A stretch of DNA of 64,000 nucleotides from a virus (lineage: Duplodnaviria > Caudoviricetes), in the IMG/VR virus record IMGVR_UViG_3300021963_000022; one strand, written 5' to 3'. Positions 44,502-57,300 of the stretch are shown one piece after another. The stretch's first letter is position 1. Each line of letters starts with the position of its first letter. The position numbers and the translations under genes are program-made. Under the pieces are notes generated by a model that saw nothing but the letters and a program-made list of their open reading frames with translations, ran no database searches and was not told the DNA's origin.

Positions 44502-47420
44502 ATGACTGATAATATATTTAAACTTCGAGGGACTACACAAAGCTACACAGACGAACGCGGTGGTGCCGTATTATTATCAAGACCGGTTATAGGTATTGTT
44601 AAAAATAATATTGATCCAACACATACCGGTAAAATTGAAGTATACATTGCTAGGTTAAACGGGTATAACCAAGAGAATCCAGTTGGATGGGTTCCCGTAA
44701 GATACTTGAGTCCCTTTGGTGGTAGTACACAAAACACATCCAGCCCTGATGATGAAGGTAAATATAAAACAAATTCACATTCTTATGGGTTTTGGGCCAC
44801 ACCGCCCGACATCAACACGCAAGTACTATGTATATTTGCAAATGGTGATATCAACTTTGGCTATTACATAGGTGCTATACCAGGATCAGGCCTAACACAT
44901 ATGTTACCGGCAATTGGTTCAAGCGAAAAGATTGTAGCAAATAGCAAAGAATCAGAATCATATGGTGGTGCAACACGTTTGCCTGTTACTGAAATTAATG
45001 ATGTAAATTCTAAAAAAGATAACAATGAAATGTTTGTAGACCAGTCTAGGACTATTCATAGTTATCAAGCAGCCATGCTAAACATACAAGGATTGATTAG
45101 AGATCCAGAACGAGGAACTATTAATAGCACTGCGGCAAGAGAAACACCTAGTGGCGTAATTGGACTATCATCACCCGGAAGACCTTATTATAAAGGTGGC
45201 TATACTGATGAGAATATTGAAGATGCTGTTAAGAATGAGGGTACACCTGCAGAGAATTTTAAAATTGTAGGACGGAAAGGTGGTCATAGTCTCGTACTAG
45301 ATGACGGAGACTTAACCGGTAAAGAACAACTAATTAGATTACGCTCTGGTACCGGACATCAAATACTAATGCACGACAAAGCTGAGACTATCTTTTTAAT
45401 TCATGCTAATGGTAAGAGTTGGATTGAGATGGGCAAAGAAGGTACTATTGATATCTACAATACAAATAGCACTAATATAAGAACACACGGTGATATTAAT
45501 CTTCACGCTGAACGAGATATTAATATGTTTGCTAAAAGAAATTTCAACTTAAAAGCAGAACAGATTAACTTAGAAAGTACAAAAAATACATTACTAAGAG
45601 CGGGTAAAGACTATAATCAATATGTTGTAGGTAAGTATACAGTAAAAGTTGACGGTGCAATGAGTTTGAAAAGCAAAGGTGAAGCTAGTGTTGCAAGTGA
45701 TGCTATCGCATATGTCAATGGTAAAAAAATTAATTTGAATACAGGATCAGCGGCACTAGTTCCTGACAAAGTTGAAGCAATCGCTGTTAAAAAACATGAC
45801 GACACGTTGTACGATAAGAAAAAAGGATTTACCCCTGCACCAAATAAATTAGAAAGTATCAACTCACGTGTACCCGCACATAGTCCATGGACTGGCGCAA
45901 ACAAGGGTGTAGATGTGAAAGTAGATTTTAGTTCTGATAAAAACTTACCAGAAGACCCAAGCCCGTCAACAGCAGCCGCAAATAATGCAGCTCCTGATAG
46001 TCCACAGAGTCCTACTAACCCAGCTCTTGCAAGCACAGTACCTGCAGGTTCTGTTGGCGGAGAAGATCCAAATACTACTAGTGCATTGGTCAGTCAAACA
46101 GCAGTAAATGCCGCTAATACACCTGATCCGGGTGCCAATGCTATGGGAAGTTTTAATCAGACACCTGATAATTTAGAAAAAGCAGGTATACTTAAACCAG
46201 GTGCAAGTGTAGTAGCAAACAAATTAATAGATCAAGGCAAGTCTTTTTCAGAAGCTATGCCAGCAACATTATGGACAGGAAACGGGGCAACCGACTTCTC
46301 GTCTTATTTAAACAACACTTCATTGCAGTCAAGTATTCAATCATCGTTGTTAGGTGACGCATCAGCATCATTGATTGGTGCAGGAATAATTAGTGGTGCA
46401 GAAAGTTTAACACAAACCGCTGGCTTGATTATGGCTGCTGCCGCATTAGGTGTGACAGCAGTATCAGGATTTGTTAACACTAGTTCGGGTAAAGGGACAG
46501 CAACTCCTGCTGATACTAATAGTACTATTGGACCAATTAACGATTTAGTTGCCAGTGGTAATTACGCTGCCAGAATGGCAGATCAAACTACTAGTGGTAT
46601 TAATCCCACGTTATCAACTAATGGTTCAGCAAAAGGTGCAGTAGCTGGTACATTTGGTACAGTCACTGATGCATATAAACCTTTTAAAGCAGGTGTTCCT
46701 ATTAATTTAGGTAAACAAAACACATTACCGAAATCACCTACTGCCGATCAAGTAACGTTAGCAGGTATACCGGGTGGACTCTCTGCTACTAGTAACTTAG
46801 TAGACATTTCTGTATTACTAGCAAGTATAACTAAATCTAAAGAATTGCAAGCTTTGGCCGACAACGCGGCAGGATTACCCACTACAATAAATACTGATCT
46901 CATTCGTATACGATTAGCAGCCGGACAGACTAATTTAGAAAAATTAGCATTGAATGGATTAACGCATGAACAAATCGTTAGATTGTATAGCGCAGTAAGT
47001 GCATTAACAAATGGATCTTCTATTACCATTCAATTACCAACAGTTGGAGTTAATACAACTAGTGCTAGTGATTTGGCTCTTAAGATACAGACTGAACAGT
47101 TGATTGATCCTGACGCAAAACCTTCTGCTCAACAATTAGTAGATTCTAATAACACAAATAATATAGTAACTATTAACACAACAAATGAACCAGCATTGTC
47201 AAGAGCTATCATTGAAGCTACGATATTGACTCTTTCAACTGAAGAAACTAAGTATCAAACAAGAAAAACTAGACTTAAAGACGAGTATGATTACGCTAAA
47301 ACTACGTACGGCCCTGATGCAACAGAAACAGTAACTGCATACGATAATTACAAAACAATTATCAAACAGATAACTGCGGTTCAGACTCAGGTCTTGGATT
47401 TGATGAAAAAACTAAACTAA
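44502..47420 (+). CDS. gp5: Baseplate spike protein (T4 gp5/VgrG-like) with long C-terminal extension
   Basis: OB-fold-like IGIVKNNIDP...GKIEVYI...SYGFWATPPD, and the beta-helix segment GHSLVLDDGD...IRLRSGTGHQILMHD...SWIEM ending RVPAHSPW. Confidence 0.8.
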   Translation: MTDNIFKLRGTTQSYTDERGGAVLLSRPVIGIVKNNIDPTHTGKIEVYIARLNGYNQENPVGWVPVRYLSPFGGSTQNTSSPDDEGKYKTNSHSYGFWATPPDINTQVLCIFANGDINFGYYIGAIPGSGLTHMLPAIGSSEKIVANSKESESYGGATRLPVTEINDVNSKKDNNEMFVDQSRTIHSYQAAMLNIQGLIRDPERGTINSTAARETPSGVIGLSSPGRPYYKGGYTDENIEDAVKNEGTPAENFKIVGRKGGHSLVLDDGDLTGKEQLIRLRSGTGHQILMHDKAETIFLIHANGKSWIEMGKEGTIDIYNTNSTNIRTHGDINLHAERDINMFAKRNFNLKAEQINLESTKNTLLRAGKDYNQYVVGKYTVKVDGAMSLKSKGEASVASDAIAYVNGKKINLNTGSAALVPDKVEAIAVKKHDDTLYDKKKGFTPAPNKLESINSRVPAHSPWTGANKGVDVKVDFSSDKNLPEDPSPSTAAANNAAPDSPQSPTNPALASTVPAGSVGGEDPNTTSALVSQTAVNAANTPDPGANAMGSFNQTPDNLEKAGILKPGASVVANKLIDQGKSFSEAMPATLWTGNGATDFSSYLNNTSLQSSIQSSLLGDASASLIGAGIISGAESLTQTAGLIMAAAALGVTAVSGFVNTSSGKGTATPADTNSTIGPINDLVASGNYAARMADQTTSGINPTLSTNGSAKGAVAGTFGTVTDAYKPFKAGVPINLGKQNTLPKSPTADQVTLAGIPGGLSATSNLVDISVLLASITKSKELQALADNAAGLPTTINTDLIRIRLAAGQTNLEKLALNGLTHEQIVRLYSAVSALTNGSSITIQLPTVGVNTTSASDLALKIQTEQLIDPDAKPSAQQLVDSNNTNNIVTINTTNEPALSRAIIEATILTLSTEETKYQTRKTRLKDEYDYAKTTYGPDATETVTAYDNYKTIIKQITAVQTQVLDLMKKLN

Positions 47421-47439
47421 ATACTATATAGGATAAAAT

Positions 47440-47889
47440 ATGGCAGTATATATAGGATTCAGCACACAACGTTTCAATTTACCTAGAAACGAGAGTATTA
47501 CTGTTGGTGTCGATGGTGGTTCGGGCAGTTTGACACAACCTATTCAAATTGGTAAGAAGTTTAGATTAATAGATGAGCAACTTATCCTACAAGATTTTAT
47601 AAATGCTTTAAATATCCCACAAGGTACAAAGCCGGGTAAGCCTAGTTACGGTACAACTATCTGGACATTTGTATTTGAACCCAACACTCCTGACATGCAG
47701 TTCCAGTTAGAAAATGAGATACGTAGGGTAGCAACACAAGACCCTAGATTGATTCTTAATTCAGTAATATCGTACCCGCAAGAAAACGGCATATTGATTG
47801 AAGTTGAAGTAGCCGTAAGCCCCTTTAATAACGCCGGACAGCTACAGATTTTCTTTGACCAGCAATCTAACTCGGCGTCATTAGTCTAA
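47440..47889 (+). CDS. gp25: Baseplate wedge protein (T4 gp25-like)
   Basis: DFINALNIPQGTKPGKPSYGTTIWTFVFEP...IRRVATQDPRL. CTAAATA at 47417-47423. Confidence 0.85.
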   Translation: MAVYIGFSTQRFNLPRNESITVGVDGGSGSLTQPIQIGKKFRLIDEQLILQDFINALNIPQGTKPGKPSYGTTIWTFVFEPNTPDMQFQLENEIRRVATQDPRLILNSVISYPQENGILIEVEVAVSPFNNAGQLQIFFDQQSNSASLV

Positions 47890-47936
47890 AAATACGGTTT
47901 TTTCTTTGTGATAAATACATAAAAGAGAAACAGTAT

Positions 47937-50900
47937 ATGGCAACAAGCTCAAGACAATCTTCGATATTTGGTACCAATGATTGGAAAACCATTTATAAAA
48001 CATTCCGTCAGGCTGATTTTCAAAGCTATGACTACGAAACCATACGTAAAAGTTTTGTAGACTATCTACGATTATACTACCCTGAAACGTTCAACGATTA
48101 CGTAGAATCAAGCGAATATATTGCATTGATGGACGTAATGGCTTTTATGGGCCAAGCACTTGCTTTCCGTAATGACTTAAATACCCGTGAAAATTTTATT
48201 GATACCGCAGAACGTAGGGATTCAGTTGTCAAACTAGCAAATTTAATTGGCTACAATCCAAAACGTAATCTAAATGGTCAAGGTTATTTAAAAGTAACTA
48301 GTATTTCTACTACAGAAAATATTAATGACATTAATGGGCTAAGCCTAAATAACATTAATGTTCTATGGAATGATCCTAGTAATGTAAACTGGCAAGAACA
48401 ATATAACACTATCATTAATGCTAGTTTAGTAAACAGTCAACGTATTGGACGTCCGGGTAATACTCAGACGTTGTTGGGTGTTAAGACTGACGAATACTCA
48501 ATAAGTATCCCACCTGGCAAATCTCCGGTCGTACCATTTAGCGCAACAGTCGATGGGTCAACTATGGACTTTGAGGGAGTGAGTGTATCTAGTATAGACC
48601 AAGATTATCTATATGAAATTCCACCTGGCCCTACTGGCATCTTCAATATCTTATATCGTAATGATAAATTGGGTTACGGTAGTCCAAATACAGGGTTTTT
48701 CATGTACTTCAAACAAGGTACATTACAACCTTTTGATTTTACATTGGATCAACAGATTTCTAATCAAACAGTTGACATTGATATACAAGGTATTAACAAT
48801 ACTGATACATGGTTATATCAATATGATTCTGCTTCTAACACCTATTCACAATGGGATGAAGTAGAAAGTGTATATGCAAATGCCAATCTTCAAACTAATA
48901 CCAGTTTGCGTAAGATTTTTTCTGTAGTTTCTAGATTTAATGACCAAGTATCTTATGCATTTGGTGACGGAGTATTTAGTGAAATCCCAGTTGGAAACTT
49001 TAGAGCATACATTCGTGCAGGTAATGCAAGTCAATATACAATTGACCCTGCTGAAATGCAAGGCATAATAGTAAACATTAATTATGTAAGTAGAGTTGGT
49101 CGTGTGGAGACATTGACGCTTAACTTAGAGTTACCTTTACCAGTTACAAATGCTCAAGTACGTGAATCATTAACTGAAATCAAAGAACGTGCACCTACAA
49201 GATACTATACACAGAATCGTATGGTCAATGGTGAAGATTATAACAACTTCCCATATACTTTGTTTAGCTCAATCATTAAGAGTAAGGCTCTAAATAGAGG
49301 TAGCGTAGGTGTAAGTCGTAGTTTTGATTTATTAGATCCTACAGGTAAATATTCTAGTTTAAATAGTTTTGCTGATGACGGCGGTCTATATGAAAACACT
49401 TCACAAGATGCAGTAGCATTCACCTTTAATAATGACAATGATATCTACACATTTTTAACAGAAAATATTAGAGCAGATATTGCAGGTCACCGATCACAAC
49501 AATACTACTGTCAGCATTACACAAGATATCCTGTCAATACAACTAGTGGTGATGGTACTATTAAGTGGAAGCAAGTTGGATATAACAACACCAATGTTAC
49601 TGGATATTTTTATAATACATTAGCAGTACCGGTAGGACAATATAGTAGTGGTAACTTACGTTATGTTACTCCTGGTGCACTTTTAAAATTTCAAGCACCA
49701 GCTGGATACTACTTTGACGCTAACAATCGTTTAGTATATGGTATACCTAGTATATCTGATTCAACTACGTTTTGGACTAGTGTTTCAGCAGTAGTAGGTG
49801 ACGGTTATAACGGAGGGGAAGGTTTATTAATTAACGGAGCCGGACCTGTAACATTAACTGGCAATGTACCAACAACCGCATTGATAGTAGAAATCATACC
49901 AGTATTTGATAATGTACTTTCTAGAACAGTTATAAATGAATGTATTAACAGAATGAATTTAAATCAAAGTTTTGGTTTAAAATACAATAACTCGTTGACT
50001 TCAATACAAGAACGTTGGAGTGTTATTACGTATGATGATCCAAGATGGTTCATTAAGTTTACTAGTGATGGTAGTAACAGATATATTGTTTCTACTAGAT
50101 CATTATCATATTTCTTTGGTAGTGTTCGAGATACTCGTTTTGTATTTGACTCTAATAAAGTAGTATACGATCCATATAGTGGTAAATTGTTCCGTGATAA
50201 TATTGTTATATTACGCACAAACAACCAACCTGATAGCACAAGTGCATTAGCAAGAGAACTAACATTAGATGTAGTTGGGCAAAATGTAGAAGCAGACGGT
50301 TATGTAGATGACTTTGCTATTGAAGTATCAAGTGCAGACAGTAATAATAGTAGCATCATTCGTGATCCTGACTTCTTTAAAACTATTACAGGCTATACAA
50401 CTGGTACAACTAACACACGCTACTATACATTCTTTGAGCAGACCTTAGATACATTATTATTATCTAGGTCACAAATGATTTCTAGTGTAGATGTAGTTTA
50501 CAGCTATCCAACAGTAGCAGCCATTGAGATTGTAAAATATGAATATCCTGTAGGACAATTATTCTATGCATATTCAGAAGGTACTTTCTATAAAAATACA
50601 GAAGATCCAATTGTAGAAAACATATTGTATTTGGTACAACAATTAGCGTATAGTGTTTCTACTGGTAGACAAGGATTATTTTTCCAATATAAGCATATTT
50701 CTAACAACACAACACGTGTTGATCCTGCTACAAGTAACATCATTGACTTATATGTTGTTACGCAAAGTTATTATACACAATATCAAAATTGGTTACGTGA
50801 TACAACCAACACAGTACCAATGCCAGATATTCCCACGATGAGTGAGTTGCAACAACTATACGGTAAGCTTGATGGATACAAAATGATAAGCGATAGTATG

Positions 50901-51293
50901 GTGTTAAATAGTGTAAGATTTAAGCCATTGTTTGGACACAAAGCAGAAGAACAATTGCAAGCTACTATAAAAGTTATTAGATCCTCAACCACAACAGCAA
51001 GTGATAGTGAAATTAGATCCAGAGTATTAGAAGCAATGAACACCTATTTTAGTATAGACAATTGGGACTTTGGTGATACTTTTTATTTTAGTGAGTTAAG
51101 TGCATACCTACATAGTCAAGTCGGGGACTTAGTTAATTCTATTGTACTTGTACCCAATGATCCTGAAATGCAATTTGGTGATTTGTATGAGATACGCTCC
51201 GCACCATATGAAATATTTGTTAATGCGGCACAAGCAACCGATATTGTAGTGATTTCAGCACTAACGCCTAAAGAGTTACAAATTACAAGATAA
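47937..51293 (+). CDS. gp6: Baseplate wedge subunit (T4 gp6-like)
   Basis: YPETFNDYVESSEYIALMDVMAF, ENFIDTAERRDSVVKLANLIGYNPKR and IKERAP...YTQNRMVNGEDY. GATAAATA at 47910-47917. Confidence 0.85.
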   Translation: MATSSRQSSIFGTNDWKTIYKTFRQADFQSYDYETIRKSFVDYLRLYYPETFNDYVESSEYIALMDVMAFMGQALAFRNDLNTRENFIDTAERRDSVVKLANLIGYNPKRNLNGQGYLKVTSISTTENINDINGLSLNNINVLWNDPSNVNWQEQYNTIINASLVNSQRIGRPGNTQTLLGVKTDEYSISIPPGKSPVVPFSATVDGSTMDFEGVSVSSIDQDYLYEIPPGPTGIFNILYRNDKLGYGSPNTGFFMYFKQGTLQPFDFTLDQQISNQTVDIDIQGINNTDTWLYQYDSASNTYSQWDEVESVYANANLQTNTSLRKIFSVVSRFNDQVSYAFGDGVFSEIPVGNFRAYIRAGNASQYTIDPAEMQGIIVNINYVSRVGRVETLTLNLELPLPVTNAQVRESLTEIKERAPTRYYTQNRMVNGEDYNNFPYTLFSSIIKSKALNRGSVGVSRSFDLLDPTGKYSSLNSFADDGGLYENTSQDAVAFTFNNDNDIYTFLTENIRADIAGHRSQQYYCQHYTRYPVNTTSGDGTIKWKQVGYNNTNVTGYFYNTLAVPVGQYSSGNLRYVTPGALLKFQAPAGYYFDANNRLVYGIPSISDSTTFWTSVSAVVGDGYNGGEGLLINGAGPVTLTGNVPTTALIVEIIPVFDNVLSRTVINECINRMNLNQSFGLKYNNSLTSIQERWSVITYDDPRWFIKFTSDGSNRYIVSTRSLSYFFGSVRDTRFVFDSNKVVYDPYSGKLFRDNIVILRTNNQPDSTSALARELTLDVVGQNVEADGYVDDFAIEVSSADSNNSSIIRDPDFFKTITGYTTGTTNTRYYTFFEQTLDTLLLSRSQMISSVDVVYSYPTVAAIEIVKYEYPVGQLFYAYSEGTFYKNTEDPIVENILYLVQQLAYSVSTGRQGLFFQYKHISNNTTRVDPATSNIIDLYVVTQSYYTQYQNWLRDTTNTVPMPDIPTMSELQQLYGKLDGYKMISDSMVLNSVRFKPLFGHKAEEQLQATIKVIRSSTTTASDSEIRSRVLEAMNTYFSIDNWDFGDTFYFSELSAYLHSQVGDLVNSIVLVPNDPEMQFGDLYEIRSAPYEIFVNAAQATDIVVISALTPKELQITR

Positions 51294-51308
51294 AAGAAAG
51301 TATAACAG

Positions 51309-54300
51309 ATGGTTTCAAGAGTTAGAACAATAAATTTCTTACCAGACATATTCAAAACTAAAGCCAACGAACAGTTTCTGTCAGCGACTCTGGATCAACT
51401 TGTTAGTCAACCTAACACGATGAAGGTCCAAGGGTACATTGGTAGTAAGTTTGGTTATGGAATTAATGCAAAAGATGGGTATGTTGTAGAACCTACTAAA
51501 GTAAGAACTGACTACCAACTTGAACCTAGTGTAGTTTTCTTAAAAAAGAATACTGCAACAGCAGTTGATTTACTTACTTATCCTGGATTAATTGATGCAT
51601 TAAAACTAGAAGGTGGCATCACCGACCAGCATGACAATCTATTCTCTAATCAATTCTATTCATGGGATAGTTTTACTGATTTAGATAAGTTAATCAATTA
51701 CAATCAGTACTACTGGTTACCATTGGGTCCAGAATTAGTTACCGTTTCTACCAATGACGTTTATAGCCAAACAGAATTCACTGTAGTACCTAATGGAAAT
51801 TATATTAACTTTAGTGCAGATAACTTAATTGTACCTGGCAATAACCCAACAATCAGTTTACTACGCGGTGGCACATATCAATTTGTTGTTAATCAATCAT
51901 CGCAATTTTGGATTCAAGGTACACCTGGTCTTAAAGGTACTGACCCAGTTCATACCAACATAGGTACACGAAATATATATGGTCTAACTAACAATGGTAC
52001 AAGCTCAGGGGTAATGACATTCCAAGTTCCATTTCAATCAGATCAAAGCTATGCGTTTTATCCAAGCACACAATCTGTTGATTTATTAACCACAAAATCT
52101 TGGGATGAAATTAATGGCATGCGTGTCAGAGATTTAGGCAATATTGATGGTGTTGTATCGCTTGACGGAAGAACTATTGTGTTCTACGGTAATAGTCCTA
52201 CTGCACAAGGTTACATTGGGGAATTCTATGATGAATTTTCATTTGATGAAGATAATCCGGTAGTTAAACCATATGAAGATGGATACTATACAGATTTAAA
52301 CAAAAACATATATAGAATTAGTTATGTTGGGGACCCAGATGATCCTGTAATTCGTGTCACCGAACATGCTACTATCGTTCAACTAGATAGAATCAAAGTA
52401 TTGTATGGTGACGAGTTTGCATTCAATGAAGTATATACTGATGCTTTAGCTAATATGTACATAGTACCGTACTTAAGTGCTTTAGCAGATACATTGTATT
52501 ACCAAGATGGTTCAAATGTTGACCGTGTTGGTGTTATTAAAATTATTGATGCTATTTCTAACAATCAACTTAATGTTAACACACAAATCTTAGGTAAGAA
52601 AACATTTACTAGTCCTAATGGTGTACAATTTACTAATGGATTAAAAGTAACTTTTGCGGGCAACATATATCCAGAATCATATTTTGGTAATGAATACTAT
52701 GTTGAGGGTGTAGGTACTGCTATTACACTATTGCCTGTGACAAACTTTATCGTCCCTGAACCAGCCGGACAAGCATATTACAACCCTTATAGCGTAAGCC
52801 CATACGATACAGAAGCATATGATAGTGCATCCAACGTACCTTTAGCTAAAGACTACATTACTATTAGCAGAAACAGTTATGATAGGAATGCATGGAGTAG
52901 AAGTAATCGTTGGTTCCACGTTGATGTATTACGTGCAACAGCACAATATAGAGGTAATGAAGCACCGGTTGTACTTGAAGCGTTGAATAATTCAAACTTC
53001 CGTGCTAAACGTCCTATTATAGAATTTTATCCTAACTTAAAGTTATATAATCAAGGGTCAGTTAGTAAAGGATCAGTTGATTTTGTTGATTCAGTAGTTA
53101 CAGATCCTTTTGGTTATGATGGTTCAACACCTATTTGTTCTGGTGCAACAACCTTTTATCCAAATAGCGGAACCAGTGCAATACCGGGTGGTGTAAAGAT
53201 TGTCTTTACTGCGGCAGAAGATATAAATGTTAGAAACAAAGTATACCTTGTAACTTACTCTAACATTACAGGTTCGCCAACAGCTACACCTGTAATTACA
53301 TTAACTGTTGCAGCCGACGGTGATGTAAGTGCAAACGATCAAGTAGTAGTAACTGCAGGTGATTATATTGGTCAAACATATCACTTTAATGGAACAGACT
53401 GGATCAGTGGTCAATTTAAAGAAAGAGTTAATCAAGCTCCGTTGTTTGATGTATTTTCTTCTAGCGGTATAAGTTTTAGTGACCAAGAATACTATTTAGG
53501 AAGTAGCTTCAGAGGATGTACGCTATTTGAATATGCATTAGGTACTGGCTCTGATGATCCGCAATTAGGTTTTCCATTAAAATATAGCTCACTTACAAAC
53601 ATAGGTGACATTACGTTCAATGTAACATTGAACAATCAAACATTTACATATGTTGAGGGTTCTACACCGCAATCTTTATCAGTTGATACAGGATATGTTT
53701 ACAAATATATACCTACTACTGCTACATATGCTAGACAACTTGGATGGCAAACAACTGTTGGTGAAAGTTTCCAGTATCAAGTTTTTGAATTAATTTATAA
53801 TTCTGGTATACCAAAATTTGTATGTGATGTTCCGTATAAAGATCCTGAGTCAACACCATGGCCAGTAACTCAAGTCTATGTTAATAACGAAAGACTAGCT
53901 CCAACTGCATATACTCGAACAGTCGATAGTCAAAATAGTACAATCATTACATTGAATACTGCACCTTTGCCAGGCGCACCAGTACAAGTATTAATTTATA
54001 GTGATATACCAAGTTCAGTTGGTTACTATGAAATTCCTACTAACTTACAAAACAACCCGTTCAATACACCTGTGTCAAATGCTAACTTGGGTGATATTAG
54101 AGGTCATTATAAGAGTATTTGTAACAACATTACTACTTTAGTAGGTGCACCTTTTGGAGCTAACAACTACCGTGACTTAGGTAATCTAGTACCTTATGGC
54201 ACTAGAATCACTCAGAGTAGTGCTAGTTTAGTTCCTGCTGCCGCATTCTTACGCAATCAAGATTTTAGTATTTTTAATGCATTGACATTTAACAATAATG

Positions 54301-57300
54301 AATATATTAAGTTTAAAGCGTTACTAACAGATACAATCAACAGAACTGAATACAACAGAACATACTCCGATGCATATATTTTAGATGATGCATTGGCACA
54401 AATTGCAGGTACAAAAGATAATTCTAGTGCATTCTTCTGGTCTGATATGGTTCCTAATGGAAACAAATCAGCTAGCAATTCATACACGTTTGTAAACTTT
54501 ATTAAGCAATCAGAGTTCCCATTAACTAGAATATATGATTTTGCAACTGCCAACTACTACAGCGTTTTGCTATATGTTACTAGAACTACAAATGGTGAAG
54601 TGCATACCACTCAATTATTGAGAGGGGTTGACTATGATATTAGTACAGACGCACCTAAAGTTATTGTATACTTTGACTTATTACCAAATGACGTAATAAC
54701 TATTGATGAGTATTCGCAAACTTACGGAAGTTTTGTACCAAACACTCCATCCAAGATGGGATTGTATCCAGTAAGCACTCCACAAGTTATATATGATACA
54801 ACTTATGTTACACCTACATACTTTATTAAAGGTCATGATGGTAGTTTAACTAAATTGTACGGTGAATACACTGATGGGTATCTATCTGACTACAGAGATA
54901 GAGCATACTTAGAATTTGAAAAGAGAATTTTCAACAACATTAAAACTAGTAATGTTATACCGTTAACTTTACCTGATATTATGCCAGGTGAATTTAGAAC
55001 CACTGACTACACATATGAGGAGTTTCAGCAAATATATAGTTATGGTTTCTTGAACTGGGTAGGTAAAAACAGAATTGATTATAAAACTCAATACTTTGAT
55101 ATCACAAATCAATATACTTACAACTACAGTCAATCTATAAACAAATCAGATTACACACCTTTAAAACAAGGCAACTGGAGAGGTATATACTTATGGTTCT
55201 ATGATACTGCTACTCCGCAATCTACTCCATGGGAGATGTTAGGGTTTTCTGAGAAGCCGACCTGGTGGGAAACACGTTACGGTGTCGCACCATACACCAG
55301 TGATAACTTGGTATTATGGAACGACCTAGCCGATGGTTACGTTTGGAATAACGGAGCATCTTACACAATTGAGAACAGAAAACGTCCAGGACTATTAGAT
55401 GTGTTGCCAGTAGATAGTAGTGGTAACTTAGTAAGTCCAGCTATCAGCGTAGTGAATGCGTATGATACTAACTCAATTAACAAGAATTGGAAAGTAGGGG
55501 ACGTTGGTCCTGCAGAGTATGGTTACTTAAAGAGTAGCTCATGGCCCTTTGACTTAATGCGAATGTTTGCTTTAATGAAGCCAGCAAAATTCTTTGCGCT
55601 ATGCATTGATGTTGACAGCTATGAATATAATGCAGAATTCAATCAGTATTTAGAAAATGCTAGATTACGTAGCCCGCTAAATGATCTACCTGTATACGGT
55701 AATGGTACAGCAGTAAACAGTTATGTTAACTGGATTGTTGACTACATCCAACAATTGGGTATGAGTGGACATGATAAAGTATCTGACCTAGTTAATAACC
55801 TAGATGTACGTTTAGCATATAGAGTTGCGGGCTTCAGCGACAAAGATATGTTAAAGTTCTATGTTGAAAAAGGTAGCCCAAATAGTAAGAACAACAGCTT
55901 GTTGATCCCTGACGAGAGTTACGGAGTATTGTTATATAACAATCAACCGTTCACTAAAGTAGTTTACAGTTCAGTTATTATACAAAAGACTATTAATGGT
56001 TATAAAGTATACGGTAACAGTCAGAATACTGCGTTCTTTAAAACGTTAGTACCTAAGATGAATGGCAACTATGACAAATATGTTGTAGCGGATGTAACAA
56101 TTTATGTTAGCAAAGAATACACCGACAAAACACTAATAGTACCATACGGCACTGAGTTTTATAGTGTACAAGCGTTGTCTGAGTTCTTAATTAACTACGG
56201 TCGTTATTTAGAGAACGATGGTATGATATTTAACAATATCGAAAACGGTATTGTTGAGAACTGGGAACAAATGGTTGCTGAAGCAATCTACTGGACACAA
56301 AGTGGTTGGGAAGCTGGTAGTACAGTTAATGTAAATCCGGCAGCTACTAATCTAAAAATTAATAAAGAAAGTGGAATTGTTCAACCTTTAACATTCCATC
56401 AACAAAACTATGTGTTGAATCAAAACTTAATACCAATCCAAGTCAAAGATATGAGCTTGATTAGAAACGGTACTGAGTTTGAATTAAATGTGTTACAAAA
56501 TACAGATACTTTTAGTTACATGACTGCTAACATTAGCAACTATGAGCACTGCATTGTATTTGATAACGTTACACTATTCAATGATGTGATTTACAATTTA
56601 GTTACAGGCTTACGTCAAGAACGTGTTTTAGTTAAAGGTGTTAAGTCTGCTGAATGGAACGGACAAGTTGATGCACAAGGATTTATCTTAAATCAAGATA
56701 ATATACAAGAATGGCAAGAGAATATAAAATACACTAAAGGTGTGATTGTATTGTACAAAAACAGTTACTATACTAGCACAAAGATTGTTCAACCTAGTAG
56801 CACGTTCAATGAAACTGAATGGGTAAAAACCGATTACGATTCAATACAGAAAGGGTTATTACCTAACCCAAGCACACGTTCATATGAAAGTTTGTTGTAC
56901 TATGACATTCATAATACAAACTTAGAGAATGATGCTGATTTATTAAGTTTTAGTTTGATTGGTTATAGACCACGTGATTATTTAGCCGTTGCTAATTTAG
57001 ATGATGTGACTCAAGTTAATGTATTCATTAATATGATTGAATCTATGGGTACATTAGGTGGTGCAAATCAATTGAAGAACATTACTGTACCTCAAGGTCA
57101 ATTAGGCTATGACATATATGAAAACTGGGCTATCAAAACAGGCGAGTTTGGTGGCGTACTTAATCAGAATTTTATCGAGTTCAAGTTAGCTGAAAACGAA
57201 TTGACAGGTAATCCAGGTATTATTGGTGTGACTAATGGTATAGAAGTAGTAGAAGGTGTTGAACAATCAGTACCGTTATACTCACTAACAAATTACGGCA

